Shown here: piece after piece, positions 36,591 to 47,115 of the stretch
How the letters are laid out: every line of letters starts with the position of its first letter
Position numbering within the stretch: position 1 is the stretch's first letter
NCBI GenBank assembly: GCA_964634935.1
Contig: CAZWJT010000002.1
Span: 10,570-74,569, forward strand
Length of the DNA stretch: 64,000 nt
Reading direction: 5' to 3'
DNA from: an uncultured Planctomycetia bacterium
Lineage (GTDB): Bacteria; Omnitrophota; Gorgyraeia; Duberdicusellales; Duberdicusellaceae
Position numbers and translations under genes: made by a program
Notes under the pieces: model-generated
Told to the model about the DNA's origin: nothing
The model's input: the letters and a program-made list of their open reading frames with translations, nothing else
Database searches by the model: none

Positions 36591-37853
36591 ATGAAATTAT
36601 TCCGTGTAATTTTCCTGTGTCTTATTTCTTTTTCTTTTTTTTCAGAATTAGACGCAGAAGAAATTCTTTCCTGGGGCGACTGTCTGCTCGAAGCGCAAAA
36701 AAACAACCCTGACTTAATTTCCGCAGCCGCCAGCATCAGCCAGAAGCAAGCGGCAAAAACTATTGCTGGAAGTGGGCTTTACCCGCGTGTTGATCTGAGC
36801 GCTGCTGCTTCTTCGAGCAAATCTGAACCAGCGAGCGCCTCTGACTCTTATTCATACGCAGTCACCGGAAAACAACTCTTATTCGACGGTTTTAAGACGA
36901 TCAATAAAGTAGGATCCGCTTCGGAGAACATAAAGGTTGCACAGGAAGGATACCGCTATACTTCGGGTGATGTCCGTTTTCGTCTGCGTGCTGCTTTTGT
37001 GAATCTTCTAAAAGCGCAAGAACTTATTAACGTTGCTGAAGAGATTGTGCGCATTCGACGGAGCAGTCTTGAGCTTATTACGTTGCGTTATCTATCGGGT
37101 TTCGAACACAAGGGAGCTTTGCTGACCGCAGAAGCGAATCTTCGGCAAGCAAAGTTTGAGCTTTCTCAGTCGCGACGTAATGCTGAATTTTTGCAAAGGC
37201 AGTTAACCAAAGAAATGGGACGGAAGATCTTTGCGCCGGTAACCGTAAGGGGAGATTTTTCCGTGCGTACCGATATTTCGGAAAGACCAGAATTTGAGCG
37301 CTTAGCAAAAGAACATCCATCGGTTCTTCAGGGGGCAGCAAAAAAGAACGCGGCATTTCTTGATCTTCGATCTGCGTATGGAGAGTTTATTCCTCAGGTT
37401 TCAGCAAACACATCAGTCGGGAAGCGAGGTTCTCATCTTTTTCCAGAGAATGATCAGTGGAGTTTAGGGCTTACCTTTTCACTGCCTTTGTTGGAAGGTG
37501 GGTTACGGCACGCTCAGGTAGCGCAAGCCCAGGCAGTCTATGCCCAGCTTATTGCGGATGAGCAGAGCACGCTTGATGCAATTTCCGTTCATCTTCATGA
37601 CGCTTGGATGGCGCTTGAAGATGCCCTAGAGAACGTTGAGGTACAGGATAAGATTTTAATCGCGGCAAAAGAACGATTGAAGATTGCTGAAGCCCAGTAC
37701 TCCACTGGTTTTATCAATTTTGATAACTGGATTATCATAGAAAACGATTTAGTCAAAGCCAAGAAGACCTACCTTGAAGCTGAGGCAAACGCGCTGCTTG
37801 TGGAAGCAAGTTGGGTTTTGGCGAAAGGAGAAACCTTAGAATATGCACAGTAG
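36591..37853 (+). CDS. TolC-family outer-membrane efflux protein
   Basis: Signal peptide plus two OEP repeat halves. Confidence 0.7.
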   Translation: MKLFRVIFLCLISFSFFSELDAEEILSWGDCLLEAQKNNPDLISAAASISQKQAAKTIAGSGLYPRVDLSAAASSSKSEPASASDSYSYAVTGKQLLFDGFKTINKVGSASENIKVAQEGYRYTSGDVRFRLRAAFVNLLKAQELINVAEEIVRIRRSSLELITLRYLSGFEHKGALLTAEANLRQAKFELSQSRRNAEFLQRQLTKEMGRKIFAPVTVRGDFSVRTDISERPEFERLAKEHPSVLQGAAKKNAAFLDLRSAYGEFIPQVSANTSVGKRGSHLFPENDQWSLGLTFSLPLLEGGLRHAQVAQAQAVYAQLIADEQSTLDAISVHLHDAWMALEDALENVEVQDKILIAAKERLKIAEAQYSTGFINFDNWIIIENDLVKAKKTYLEAEANALLVEASWVLAKGETLEYAQ

Positions 37854-38817
37854 AGCCCTAAAAATCATTCTCGTTGTTTTGTTACTGACTGGTATTGGAT
37901 GGTGGGTATACATGAAGACCCACTCAGTGAAGCAGGGGCAATCGTTAGTGCGTGAAGTCAGTCCATCGTATGGGAGTTTGCAGAAGATTATTTCTGCGAC
38001 GGGAACAGTCCTTCCTAAGAACAGGCTTGCGGTAAAACCGCCAGTAAACGGAAGAATTGACCAGATGCTTGTAAAAGAAGGAGAAAAAGTGAAAGCTGGC
38101 CAAGTTCTGGCCTGGATGAGTTCGACCGAGCGGGCGGCTCTGCTTGATGCGGCACGCGGCCAAGGAGCAGAAACTCTGGATTATTGGAGTCAGGTTTACA
38201 AGGCAATTCCTCTTGTTTCTCCGATAGACGGCGAAGTTATCGTTGCTACCATACAGCCTGGACAAAGCATCACGACAAATGATCCAGTAGCCGTTATTTC
38301 CGACCAGCTCATTATCCGGGCGCAGGTCGATGAAACTGATATCGGTCATATTCTGGTTGGCCAAAAAGCAACGGTTATAATCGATGCGTATCCACAAGAG
38401 CGGATTGATGCTTCGGTGGAGCATTTGTATTACGAATCGGCAACCGTAAACAATGTTACGATTTATCAGGTGGATCTTACGCCTCAGAAAATTATGCCGT
38501 TTTTCCGTTCCGGGATGAATGCCACGATTGATTTTATCATCCAGCAAAAAGATCATGTTTTAGTGATTCCTCAGGAAGCTGTATATGCGTCTGATGATGA
38601 ACAGTATGTTTTTGTTCGAGATCCTGACCAGGGTGAACCAAGGCGGATTCCAGTCCAATTAGGTCTTTCTGATGACAAGAATGTTGAAATTCTATCCGGG
38701 GTTACGAGTCAGGATGTGATTATCGTAACGACAAAAAAATATACTTTACCGAGTGGTAATACCGGAAGCAATCCATTTATGCCTAGAATGTCCGGTTTAC
38801 GGAGACAAGCTCGGTAG
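37843..38817 (+). CDS. macA: Efflux periplasmic adaptor (MacA/HlyD family membrane fusion protein)
   Basis: N-terminal TM, barrel-sandwich and lipoyl motifs. Overlaps the TolC gene stop. Confidence 0.7.
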   Translation: MHSRALKIILVVLLLTGIGWWVYMKTHSVKQGQSLVREVSPSYGSLQKIISATGTVLPKNRLAVKPPVNGRIDQMLVKEGEKVKAGQVLAWMSSTERAALLDAARGQGAETLDYWSQVYKAIPLVSPIDGEVIVATIQPGQSITTNDPVAVISDQLIIRAQVDETDIGHILVGQKATVIIDAYPQERIDASVEHLYYESATVNNVTIYQVDLTPQKIMPFFRSGMNATIDFIIQQKDHVLVIPQEAVYASDDEQYVFVRDPDQGEPRRIPVQLGLSDDKNVEILSGVTSQDVIIVTTKKYTLPSGNTGSNPFMPRMSGLRRQAR

Positions 38818-38836
38818 AACTGAGTTGCCTACAAAG

Positions 38837-40810
38837 ATGATCAGTGTAAGGAATATATCCAAGGCATACCAGATGGGTGAAGTGCGGGTTGAGGCTCTGT
38901 GCGCTGTATCCTTAGAGATTACCCAGGGAGAATTTGTTGCGATTATGGGAGCTTCTGGCTCAGGGAAATCTACCTTAATGCATGTTCTTGGTTTGTTGGA
39001 TCGTCCTGATTCCGGAGAGTATTTTTTGGCGGGACATGATGTAACGAAGCTTACCGATAACGATCTGGCGCTCGTTCGAAATCAGTTGGTTGGTTTTGTT
39101 TTCCAGCAGTTTCATCTGTTGTCACGGATGACTGCTCTGGAGAATGCTGAGCTTCCACTTGTTTATGCCGGCAAACGGAACTTAAAGGAACGAGCGATCA
39201 AAGAGCTTACCGAAGTTGGTCTTCATGAGAGGCTTATGCACCGGCCGAATGAGATGTCTGGGGGACAACAGCAGAGAGTTGCTATTGCACGAAGTTTAGT
39301 GAATGATCCACTGATCATTTTTGCTGACGAGCCAACAGGGAATTTGGATTCAAAGAGCAAGGAGGAAATACTAGGGATATTACAAAAGCTACACAGAAGT
39401 GGGAAAACAGTAGTTATTGTTACTCATGAAAATGATATTGCTGCTCATGCTCAGCGCATTATTACGATGCGCGATGGGCAGATTATTGCTGATCGAGTTG
39501 TTTCGGATGTGAAAAAAGATCCAGGAATAAAATTGCAGGAAAACCTGGTTGGAAATGTTTTATCACGCTCCGAGAAAATGTTTAAGGGAGGGATGGAGTT
39601 TCTTGATTATGTGAAGCAAGCGGTTTCCGCGATGATAACGCACAAGCTGCGGGCATTTTTGTCCATTCTCGGGATCTTGATTGGCGTTGCTGCTGTTGTT
39701 GCAATGCTTGCAATTGGGCAAGGCGCGAAAGAATCAATCGAGAAGCAACTTTTATCCCTGGGATCGAATTTGTTGGTTGTGCGTCCCGGGGCGCAGCGTT
39801 CCATGGGCGTAGCTTTGCAATCAGGCGTAACCACTCGTTTTACGCTGCGCGATGTCGAAGAAATCAAGAAGAATATTCATTTAGTGAAGGATGTCAGTCC
39901 TTCCATGCGCGCGAGAGCTCAACTGGTGTATGCGAATAAAAATTGGAATACGCAGATTGAAGGAGTCGGAGTCGGGTATGCTCAACTACGTTCCGCAATT
40001 CCGGAAATTGGAAGGTTTTTTACCGAAGAAGAAGTAAAAACGCGCAGCAAGGTAGTGTTACTTGGTATCACTGTGGCAAAGGAGCTTTTTGGTGTTCTGA
40101 ATCCTGTTGGTGAAAACATAAAAATCAATCTGATTAACTTTAAAGTGATTGGTGTATTGCCGGAGAAAGGTTCAGCCGGTCATCAGGATCAGGATGATTT
40201 GGCTCTTATTCCGGTGACTACTGCAATGTACCGGGTCATCGGAAGGCAATATATTGATTCGATTTATGTCGAAGCCGTCGATGCCGATTCCCTGGGTGAA
40301 GTCGAGGATGCCATCAGAGATACGATTATCAAGCAACACCGCCTTCTTACTGAAGAACAGAAAGATTCATTTCAGATTAGGAATATGTCGGATATCCGGA
40401 AAACTTTGGAATCTACAACGCACACCATGTCTCTTTTACTTGGGGCAATTGCCGCTATCTCGCTTGTGGTTGGGGGGATAGGGATTATGAATATCATGCT
40501 GGTGTCTGTTACTGAGCGCACACGCGAAATCGGGCTACGGAAAGCAATCGGAGCTAATAATCGAGATATTTTGAACCAGTTTCTCATCGAAGCAATATTA
40601 ATGTCATCTATTGGCGGCGTAGCTGGTATCTTATTGGGTAGTGGAGCATCGATGCTGATTGCATTGATAACCGGATGGTCGGTTAAGATTTCCGTCTTTG
40701 CCGCGACTCTTTCTACTGTTTTTTCGCTCTTGGTCGGAGTAATTTTCGGTTTGTGGCCGGCAAAACAAGCATCCCGCTTAAACCCGATCGAAGCACTGCG
40801 TTATGAGTAA
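38837..40810 (+). CDS. macB: MacB-type ABC transporter (ATPase fused to FtsX-like permease)
   Basis: Walker A GASGSGKST, LSGGQQQR, Walker B IIFADEPT, then an FtsX 4-TM domain. Start ATG 38837. Confidence 0.8.
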   Translation: MISVRNISKAYQMGEVRVEALCAVSLEITQGEFVAIMGASGSGKSTLMHVLGLLDRPDSGEYFLAGHDVTKLTDNDLALVRNQLVGFVFQQFHLLSRMTALENAELPLVYAGKRNLKERAIKELTEVGLHERLMHRPNEMSGGQQQRVAIARSLVNDPLIIFADEPTGNLDSKSKEEILGILQKLHRSGKTVVIVTHENDIAAHAQRIITMRDGQIIADRVVSDVKKDPGIKLQENLVGNVLSRSEKMFKGGMEFLDYVKQAVSAMITHKLRAFLSILGILIGVAAVVAMLAIGQGAKESIEKQLLSLGSNLLVVRPGAQRSMGVALQSGVTTRFTLRDVEEIKKNIHLVKDVSPSMRARAQLVYANKNWNTQIEGVGVGYAQLRSAIPEIGRFFTEEEVKTRSKVVLLGITVAKELFGVLNPVGENIKINLINFKVIGVLPEKGSAGHQDQDDLALIPVTTAMYRVIGRQYIDSIYVEAVDADSLGEVEDAIRDTIIKQHRLLTEEQKDSFQIRNMSDIRKTLESTTHTMSLLLGAIAAISLVVGGIGIMNIMLVSVTERTREIGLRKAIGANNRDILNQFLIEAILMSSIGGVAGILLGSGASMLIALITGWSVKISVFAATLSTVFSLLVGVIFGLWPAKQASRLNPIEALRYE

Positions 40811-40988
40811 TTTTCTAAGCGTAATGCAGTTGGTTCATCAAAGATATTTTTAGAAACTTCTTGTTCTCTTGTCACAATACTATATAATCGTTAAATCGCT
40901 TGTGTCGTTTGTCTGTTCGTTTCGCTAAGCTTTCGCGCAGAATTGGTGAGCGGTTTGTGATTTTTAGGCTATCAAATTTGTTAGGATA

Positions 40989-42431
40989 ATGAAATACAAA
41001 AATGCTTTGTTTCTCAACCCGTATGTTGAAGGTTCCGCGACAAGCGCAATGAAATTTTTTCCTCCTACCGGGCTTGAATATGTCGCGACAAGCGCCAAGG
41101 GTTATGTCGAAAAAGTAACCTTGCTTGATTTACGTTATGAACCGGAACTTTCCAAGCCCGACGCGCTTATTGATCTTATCAGCAGAGAAATCGACATTGT
41201 TTGTGCCGGAATAGGCTGGGATAGACAGCTTCCCGAAATCTGCAGTCTTCTCAACCGTATCCCTGAAGGAATTTTAGTTATTGTTGGAGGGTATACAGCG
41301 ACTGAAAAAGTTGAGGAGCTTTTTAAAAATTGCCAGAGGATAGACATAATTGTTCGTGGTGAAGGGGAAGAAACGATACGTGAGATTCTCCGGGGTTTGT
41401 CACTTGATCGAATTCTTGGTATTTCGTACCGTCAAAAGGAAGGAATTATTCACAACGCGAATCGTCCTTTGCCGGATATTGATAACATTCTTTCTCCTGA
41501 TCGTTCATTACGGCGGAATCAATATCGACTCAACTTCAGCGGGGTCAATATTTCAAACTTAAGTTTTGACACAGTCTTAAGTGCCAGAGGATGCCCTTTT
41601 AACTGTAAATTCTGCACTTTCAGTTTAAACCCGCTTGGGCAAAAAAGAAGCTACGCCCCACGAAATGCCGTTTCAGTAGTTGAAGAAATAGCCAACCTTA
41701 ACGCCAATATTATTCTTTTTAGCGACGAGAATTTTTCCGTTGATCCTCGGCGTGCAGAGGAAATTTGCGATTTGATTATTGCCCGTAAGCTAAAAAAAAG
41801 ATTTGCAGCGCAGGTCCGTCTTGATATCGCGAAATATCCGATTCTCCTTGAGAAAATGGTTCAAGCTGGATTTAAAGCGCTTTTGATCGGAATTGAATCT
41901 CCCCACGATTGGATTCTTGCCCAATTGAATAAAGGTTTTGATTCAAAAACTATTCGCGAGTCCTTTAAGGTACTTACCAAATACCCTATTTTTTATCACG
42001 GCTATTTTATTTACGGCAACATTGGCGAAACCGAGGACGAGATGCTCCAGATTCCCATTTTTGCCAAACAAATAGGGGTTGATTCAATTACCTGTCTTAA
42101 ATTGCGCATTGAAAAATTTTCTCCGTTGCGGGAGCTTGCCGAGCGTACACCTGGGTATCACGTAACCTCGCGAGGTGAACTCTATTCCGATTCCTACAGC
42201 CATGCTGCTCTGAAAAAAATCGGCAGGCGGATCAAATTCTCTTTTTATAACCCCGGGAGATTTATTAAGATTCTTCGTAAATCAACGAAGGTAAGATTTT
42301 TCACTTTCAAGGAAATTTTTCTTTTAATCCTTGCTTTGCCGCTTGTTTTGGCGAATTTTATTATCCGGGATATCCAAAAAGGTAGGCTTCTTGATTCTCT
42401 AAAGCGCCTTTTTATTAAGAATACCCGATAA
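40989..42431 (+). CDS. B12-binding domain-containing radical SAM protein
   Basis: N-terminal cobalamin-binding Rossmann fold and CPFNCKFC (CxxxCxxC). Confidence 0.7.
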   Translation: MKYKNALFLNPYVEGSATSAMKFFPPTGLEYVATSAKGYVEKVTLLDLRYEPELSKPDALIDLISREIDIVCAGIGWDRQLPEICSLLNRIPEGILVIVGGYTATEKVEELFKNCQRIDIIVRGEGEETIREILRGLSLDRILGISYRQKEGIIHNANRPLPDIDNILSPDRSLRRNQYRLNFSGVNISNLSFDTVLSARGCPFNCKFCTFSLNPLGQKRSYAPRNAVSVVEEIANLNANIILFSDENFSVDPRRAEEICDLIIARKLKKRFAAQVRLDIAKYPILLEKMVQAGFKALLIGIESPHDWILAQLNKGFDSKTIRESFKVLTKYPIFYHGYFIYGNIGETEDEMLQIPIFAKQIGVDSITCLKLRIEKFSPLRELAERTPGYHVTSRGELYSDSYSHAALKKIGRRIKFSFYNPGRFIKILRKSTKVRFFTFKEIFLLILALPLVLANFIIRDIQKGRLLDSLKRLFIKNTR

Positions 42432-42574
42432 GTCCAGATTTTAACCTAAAAACCACTTTTCATCTTCCGTTCCTCTAGATATAATTATTGTGTAACGTGT
42501 CATTGCGATGGTTTGTTTTCTGGTTCTATACGGAACTTTTCCAATGATTTCAGTGTCTAAGGAGTAAAAGCCGG

Positions 42575-43129
42575 ATGGAAAATGTTAATCATGAGATTAT
42601 TCATAACGCAGCATCAGGCGACATTTCTGCATTTGAAGAGATTTATAAAACATACGGAGGTTTTGTGTATACTTTAGCCTTAAAAGTTACGCGAAATACC
42701 CATGATGCTGAAGAAATTACCCAAGAGGTATTTTTAAAGATATACTCGCATTTACGGGGGTTTCGTTTTCGTTCTTCCTTTAAAACCTGGGTGTATCGAA
42801 TCGCCATCAATACAAGTTTCAATTATTTGAGAAAGCATAAAAAAGAAAAACAGCAAGTTGTGCACGTTGAAGATATTCAGCAAATTCCAACCAAGGAGAT
42901 TGAACCAGATTACACCAATGAGAAGCGGGAAGAGATTTCCCGCGCACTTTTAACCCTTAATCTTCAACAAAAAACCTGCATACTACTGCGGGAAATAGAA
43001 GGGTTAAGTTATCAGGAAATATCTCAAGCATTGAAAATCCCGATAAATACTGTTCGTTCTCGAATTAAGCGAGCCCGTCAGGCGCTCCTGGCGTATGGGC
43101 AACGGGGGATTAAAGATTATGCAGTGTAA
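42575..43129 (+). CDS. ECF-subfamily RNA polymerase sigma-70 factor
   Basis: Regions 2 and 4 (YRIAINTSFNYLR; LSYQEISQALKIPINTVRSRIKRAR). Confidence 0.8.
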   Translation: MENVNHEIIHNAASGDISAFEEIYKTYGGFVYTLALKVTRNTHDAEEITQEVFLKIYSHLRGFRFRSSFKTWVYRIAINTSFNYLRKHKKEKQQVVHVEDIQQIPTKEIEPDYTNEKREEISRALLTLNLQQKTCILLREIEGLSYQEISQALKIPINTVRSRIKRARQALLAYGQRGIKDYAV

Positions 43130-43601
43130 TCAGGTTCAGGATATTTTATTGACAGATTATTCGGATCGCGAGATTGCTCCCTGGAAAAAACAGGAAATCG
43201 ACAGACATCTTGCGCAGTGCTCTGGATGCCGGGAGCTTTATGAGCAAATTCAGGGGCTTCGTATTGAACTCAAAAAAGATCGCTCGGATTTTCCGCCTTC
43301 CCGGGTCTGGGAGAGGATTCGAGCGCGCATTGAAGGACAGCGTTTAGCTGTGCCGGAAAGAATTCCATGGTTCCAGAGATTATTTGAGCGTATCCGTTTA
43401 CCCGCTCCAGTGTTGTATCCTGTTTTTGCATCTTTCGCAGTCATTCTTCTTTTGGCGGGCACGGTTTATTTTCACTCATCCCATCGGCCGAGTTTACGAC
43501 CGGGATCCGGGGTAAGCTTGTTTCAGCTGGCTGCATTAGCAACCGACGCGCAGGATGATGAAAAGAATTTTCTCATGGACGTTGAGAAATATTTTCTCTG
43601 A
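43119..43601 (+). CDS. Anti-sigma factor (zinc-finger HxxxCxxC, single TM)
   Basis: HLAQCSGC zinc-binding motif and a central TM helix. Overlaps the sigma-factor gene stop. Confidence 0.6.
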   Translation: MQCNQVQDILLTDYSDREIAPWKKQEIDRHLAQCSGCRELYEQIQGLRIELKKDRSDFPPSRVWERIRARIEGQRLAVPERIPWFQRLFERIRLPAPVLYPVFASFAVILLLAGTVYFHSSHRPSLRPGSGVSLFQLAALATDAQDDEKNFLMDVEKYFL

Positions 43602-43647
43602 AGGAACTTTTCTTGGGTTCCTTTGTCTAAGTTTTTGAAAGGAGGTA

Positions 43648-44145
43648 ATGAACATGAAGATTCCAAGGATGATTTTAGGGGTGCTTTTTGGGTGTTTTGT
43701 CGCAGTTTCTGGTTATGCCCAAGAAGAAGGAGTAGAAGAGAAAGGTTCTGGATCGCATTTTGAGCGCATGATGGACGGAGTAACCCAAGGGTTGGGCTTA
43801 ACTGCCCAACAGCAAGAACAACTGCAACAAAACAGAAAACTTCAGCGTGAAAAAATAGCGGTTTTACGAAAAGAACTCAAGGGAAAATGGACACGTCTCA
43901 ATGATGCTTTGCGCGATCCAAAGGTAACAAAAGACTCTGTGCAGCCGCTTCTTGCAGAGTTAAAATCCGTACACAGTCAGATTATTGATGCACGCATCGA
44001 TGGCATCTTAAGAGTACGGACAATTCTCACTCCGGAGCAGTATGAGAAATTTCAGAAATTTGCCCTAGAGCGTAAAGAAAAAAATAAAGGACGTTTTCAG
44101 GAGCGGATGAGAGAAAAGCGGCAAAAATACGAGTCGGAAGAATAA
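43648..44145 (+). CDS. Periplasmic LTXXQ-motif protein (CpxP/Spy family)
   Basis: Signal peptide, LTAQQQEQL and LTPEQYEKF repeats. Confidence 0.65.
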   Translation: MNMKIPRMILGVLFGCFVAVSGYAQEEGVEEKGSGSHFERMMDGVTQGLGLTAQQQEQLQQNRKLQREKIAVLRKELKGKWTRLNDALRDPKVTKDSVQPLLAELKSVHSQIIDARIDGILRVRTILTPEQYEKFQKFALERKEKNKGRFQERMREKRQKYESEE

Positions 44146-44166
44146 AACTTTTTCCTGTTCCTTCTG

Positions 44167-44203
44167 CTATCCCATGGGTTAAGCCCGTGGGATAGTTTTG
44201 TTT
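44167..44203 (+). terminator. Rho-independent terminator CTATCCCATGGG-ttaag-CCCGTGGGATAG-TTTTGTTT
   Basis: 12-bp stem (one G-U) plus T-run after the LTXXQ gene. Confidence 0.7.
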
Positions 44204-45166
44204 ACTTTATTGATTTCATTTTCAAAAAGTTACAAGAAGATTCGACAGGGTATTCTAGTGCAAAAAAAACGTCTTTCTATTTGGATTCAGGCAGTACGTC
44301 CGTTTGCCTTTTCGGCATCCGTAATTCCAGTTTTGCTTGGTGGAGCAACGGCGTTCTTTTTTTCACAGCGAGCGGATTGGTATTTATTGCCAGTTGCGAT
44401 GCTTTGTGCGATCCTTTTCCATTCCGGGACAAACCTGATTAATGAATATTATGATTTTAAGCGGGGAGTTGATCGGAAAGAGACTTTTGGCTCAAGCCGG
44501 GTATTAGTCGATAACCTCGAAAAACCAGAAGTTATTCTGCAGCTCGGTGTTACATTTTTTATCATAGGAATTTTGTTTTCAGGATTCCTGATCTCAGTGC
44601 GTGGTTTCGGGCTGTTTCTTTTTATGCTCGTAGGACTGATTGGAGGTTTTTTTTATACCGGTGGCCCACGCGGTTATAAGTACTTAGCGTTGGGGGATAT
44701 TTTGGTTTTTCTCTTGATGGGTCCGGTCATGGTGATTGGTTCGTATTTTACCTTGACTGGGACCTATCGGGTTGAGGCGTTCTATTTTTCTTTGCCGGTA
44801 GGTTTGTTGGTTGTCGCCATACTCAGTGTGAACAATATGCGCGATATACGACATGATCGTCAAGCCGGCATATGGACTTTAGAAAATATTGTGGGATTTG
44901 AAAGGGCAAAGATTGGAAATATTTTGCTTCTTATCGGTGCCTATCTCAGTGTTTTGTTGATGATCGCGGTGAGGATTTTGCCGTTCTGGTCATTCTCGAT
45001 ATTGCTAAGCCTTCCGTTGGGGCTACGCAGTATGAGGGTTATTCTAGCTAGTAACCAAGATAACAGTTTCACCCTCATGCATGCTGACCGGCAGAATGCT
45101 CAACTGCATCTTTTTTTTGGCCTCCTTTTGATTTTATCGCTGGTGTTTGGCAAAATTCTCAGATAG
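44198..45166 (+). CDS. UbiA-family prenyltransferase (MenA-like 1,4-dihydroxy-2-naphthoate octaprenyltransferase)
   Basis: NLINEYYDFKRGVD and a second Asp-rich region in an 8-9 TM protein. Confidence 0.6.
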   Translation: MFTLLISFSKSYKKIRQGILVQKKRLSIWIQAVRPFAFSASVIPVLLGGATAFFFSQRADWYLLPVAMLCAILFHSGTNLINEYYDFKRGVDRKETFGSSRVLVDNLEKPEVILQLGVTFFIIGILFSGFLISVRGFGLFLFMLVGLIGGFFYTGGPRGYKYLALGDILVFLLMGPVMVIGSYFTLTGTYRVEAFYFSLPVGLLVVAILSVNNMRDIRHDRQAGIWTLENIVGFERAKIGNILLLIGAYLSVLLMIAVRILPFWSFSILLSLPLGLRSMRVILASNQDNSFTLMHADRQNAQLHLFFGLLLILSLVFGKILR

Positions 45167-45262
45167 ATTGTGCCCGGTAAGCGGAACTTCTTTCGTTAAA
45201 TTATCCAGATCGTTTGCCGTTGCAAAATATTCAGTAATGATTTTTAGCAAATATTTTTTGCG

Positions 45263-46402
45263 ATGTTCCATCATTGGGTTTCGCTAAACCTTCCAAGAAA
45301 AATACATAAATCAGGCGCTTTTGTCTGGGTATCCTATTTTTCGTTCTTCACCGTTATGGTTTTTTATGTTTATTCTGCTTTCGGTTTGTCGCAAGATACC
45401 TTCCGATTACTTCCGCAAAATCGTTCATTTTTGATGGGATTTATTCCGATCCCTAAGCAGCCACTCGGTACAAAAAGTTGGCAGGATGCATTTCTGTTGC
45501 TTGGAAAACATTCTGAGGTTGTATTGCATCATCTTCATGTTGACTGGGGTTATTTTCTCGGACGAACGACGCATGCTCCAGAAATAGAAAGTCTGGAATT
45601 TATCTCTGCGATGGCCAAAAAGCACAATCTTCATCTATTTTTAGTTATTGATCCCTTGACTCCCGATCGGTCGACTATTGATTGTTTTGAAACTGGGCTG
45701 AGTCCGAGTTTTTCCGATGAGAACATCCGGAAGGCTTTCCGCAAGTGTGTTCAGCGGGTAATTGCGCGATATCAGCCTGCGTACCTTGCGCTTGGTTCGG
45801 AGTTCAATACATATTTTGCAAAGAACCAGGCGGAAAAAAAACATTTTCTCAGCTTATACCGGATACTTTACAAAGGTTTGAAAGAGAGGTTTCCGGCGCT
45901 TCCGATTTTCATAACTTTCCAATTCGAATCTTTGTCCGGTATGGTTGACGGGAATTCGCAGTGGGAGCTCATCGAAGATTTTTTCCCGTATCTCGATATT
46001 TTTGCAATCAGTACTTATCCCTATCCGTGGTTCCGCAATCCAGGCTTGATACCCGAAAATTACTATCATCAGATCAAAGAGCACATCAATAAGCCGCTTG
46101 TGATCGCTGAATCTGGTTGGCCGAGTAATCCCCCGGGAAACCGAGATAGCGGTGATCAGCAAGAAGCATTTTTAAGGATTTTTGCTAGGCATATCGAAGA
46201 GCTTTCTGTCCAGGTATGGATTTGGTGGTTTTTGCACGATTGGCAGGGAGAAGGGTATCCGGAAGTTTTTAGGACAATGGGTTTTTTTAGTTCGCAGGGG
46301 AGAAAGAAGCCTGCCTGGGATTTTTGGGTACAACTACAGAATTTGCCGCTTTCGTCCATCGCGCGAAAACCTTTTTCAGATTGTTCACTCGAATTTCAAT
46401 GA
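45263..46402 (+). CDS. Putative clan GH-A (TIM-barrel) glycoside hydrolase
   Basis: LALGSEFN (acid/base Glu) and VIAESGWPSNPPG (nucleophile Glu) resemble GH5/GH17/GH26 signatures. Confidence 0.4.
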   Translation: MFHHWVSLNLPRKIHKSGAFVWVSYFSFFTVMVFYVYSAFGLSQDTFRLLPQNRSFLMGFIPIPKQPLGTKSWQDAFLLLGKHSEVVLHHLHVDWGYFLGRTTHAPEIESLEFISAMAKKHNLHLFLVIDPLTPDRSTIDCFETGLSPSFSDENIRKAFRKCVQRVIARYQPAYLALGSEFNTYFAKNQAEKKHFLSLYRILYKGLKERFPALPIFITFQFESLSGMVDGNSQWELIEDFFPYLDIFAISTYPYPWFRNPGLIPENYYHQIKEHINKPLVIAESGWPSNPPGNRDSGDQQEAFLRIFARHIEELSVQVWIWWFLHDWQGEGYPEVFRTMGFFSSQGRKKPAWDFWVQLQNLPLSSIARKPFSDCSLEFQ

Positions 46403-46471
46403 GTGTGCGTTTGTTTCTGTTGAAAAACAATTTTCGTCGCAGTAGAATAAGCATATAATTTTTAGAACATT

Positions 46472-47107
46472 ATGGAGATAGATTTTACGGTTCTCCGCGA
46501 GCACATGGTTTCCGAACAAATTGAGAAGAGGGGGATACAGGATACCCGCCTTCTTGATGTTTTGCGTTCAGTTGAACGCCATCTTTTTGTCTCCGATCAT
46601 ATGCGCCAGTTTGCTTATGAAGATCGACCCTTGCCGATCGGAGCAGAACAAACGATTTCTCAGCCGTATATCGTTGCATTCATGACCGAGCTTCTTGCTC
46701 TTCAAGGAACTGAGCGCGTTCTTGAGATTGGCACTGGCAGCGGTTACCAGGCAGCCATTTGTTCGCGCTTAGCCAATGAGGTATATACGGTTGAGATAAT
46801 CCCCGAGCTTGCCCAAAAAGCGGAGCTAGTTGTTCGGGCGCTTGGGTATGACAATATTCATATTCTTTGTGCCGATGGAATTGAGGGTTGGGCTGGGGCT
46901 GCTCCTTTTGACGCGATTATCGTAACCTGTGCGCCCGCTGAAGTGCCAAAACAGCTTATCCTGCAGCTGAAAGATAATGGGAAAATGGTTATTCCGGTTG
47001 GAATCGATTATCAAAATCTTCAGATTGTGCATAAACAAAAAACGCATATTGAACGGCAAACCGTTCTTCCAGTGATGTTTGTTCCAATGATTCGAAAGAG
47101 CGGATAA
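46472..47107 (+). CDS. pcm: Protein-L-isoaspartate O-methyltransferase
   Basis: VLEIGTGSGYQAAI SAM motif and Pcm-specific N terminus. Confidence 0.8.
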   Translation: MEIDFTVLREHMVSEQIEKRGIQDTRLLDVLRSVERHLFVSDHMRQFAYEDRPLPIGAEQTISQPYIVAFMTELLALQGTERVLEIGTGSGYQAAICSRLANEVYTVEIIPELAQKAELVVRALGYDNIHILCADGIEGWAGAAPFDAIIVTCAPAEVPKQLILQLKDNGKMVIPVGIDYQNLQIVHKQKTHIERQTVLPVMFVPMIRKSG

Positions 47108-47115
47108 GGAAAATG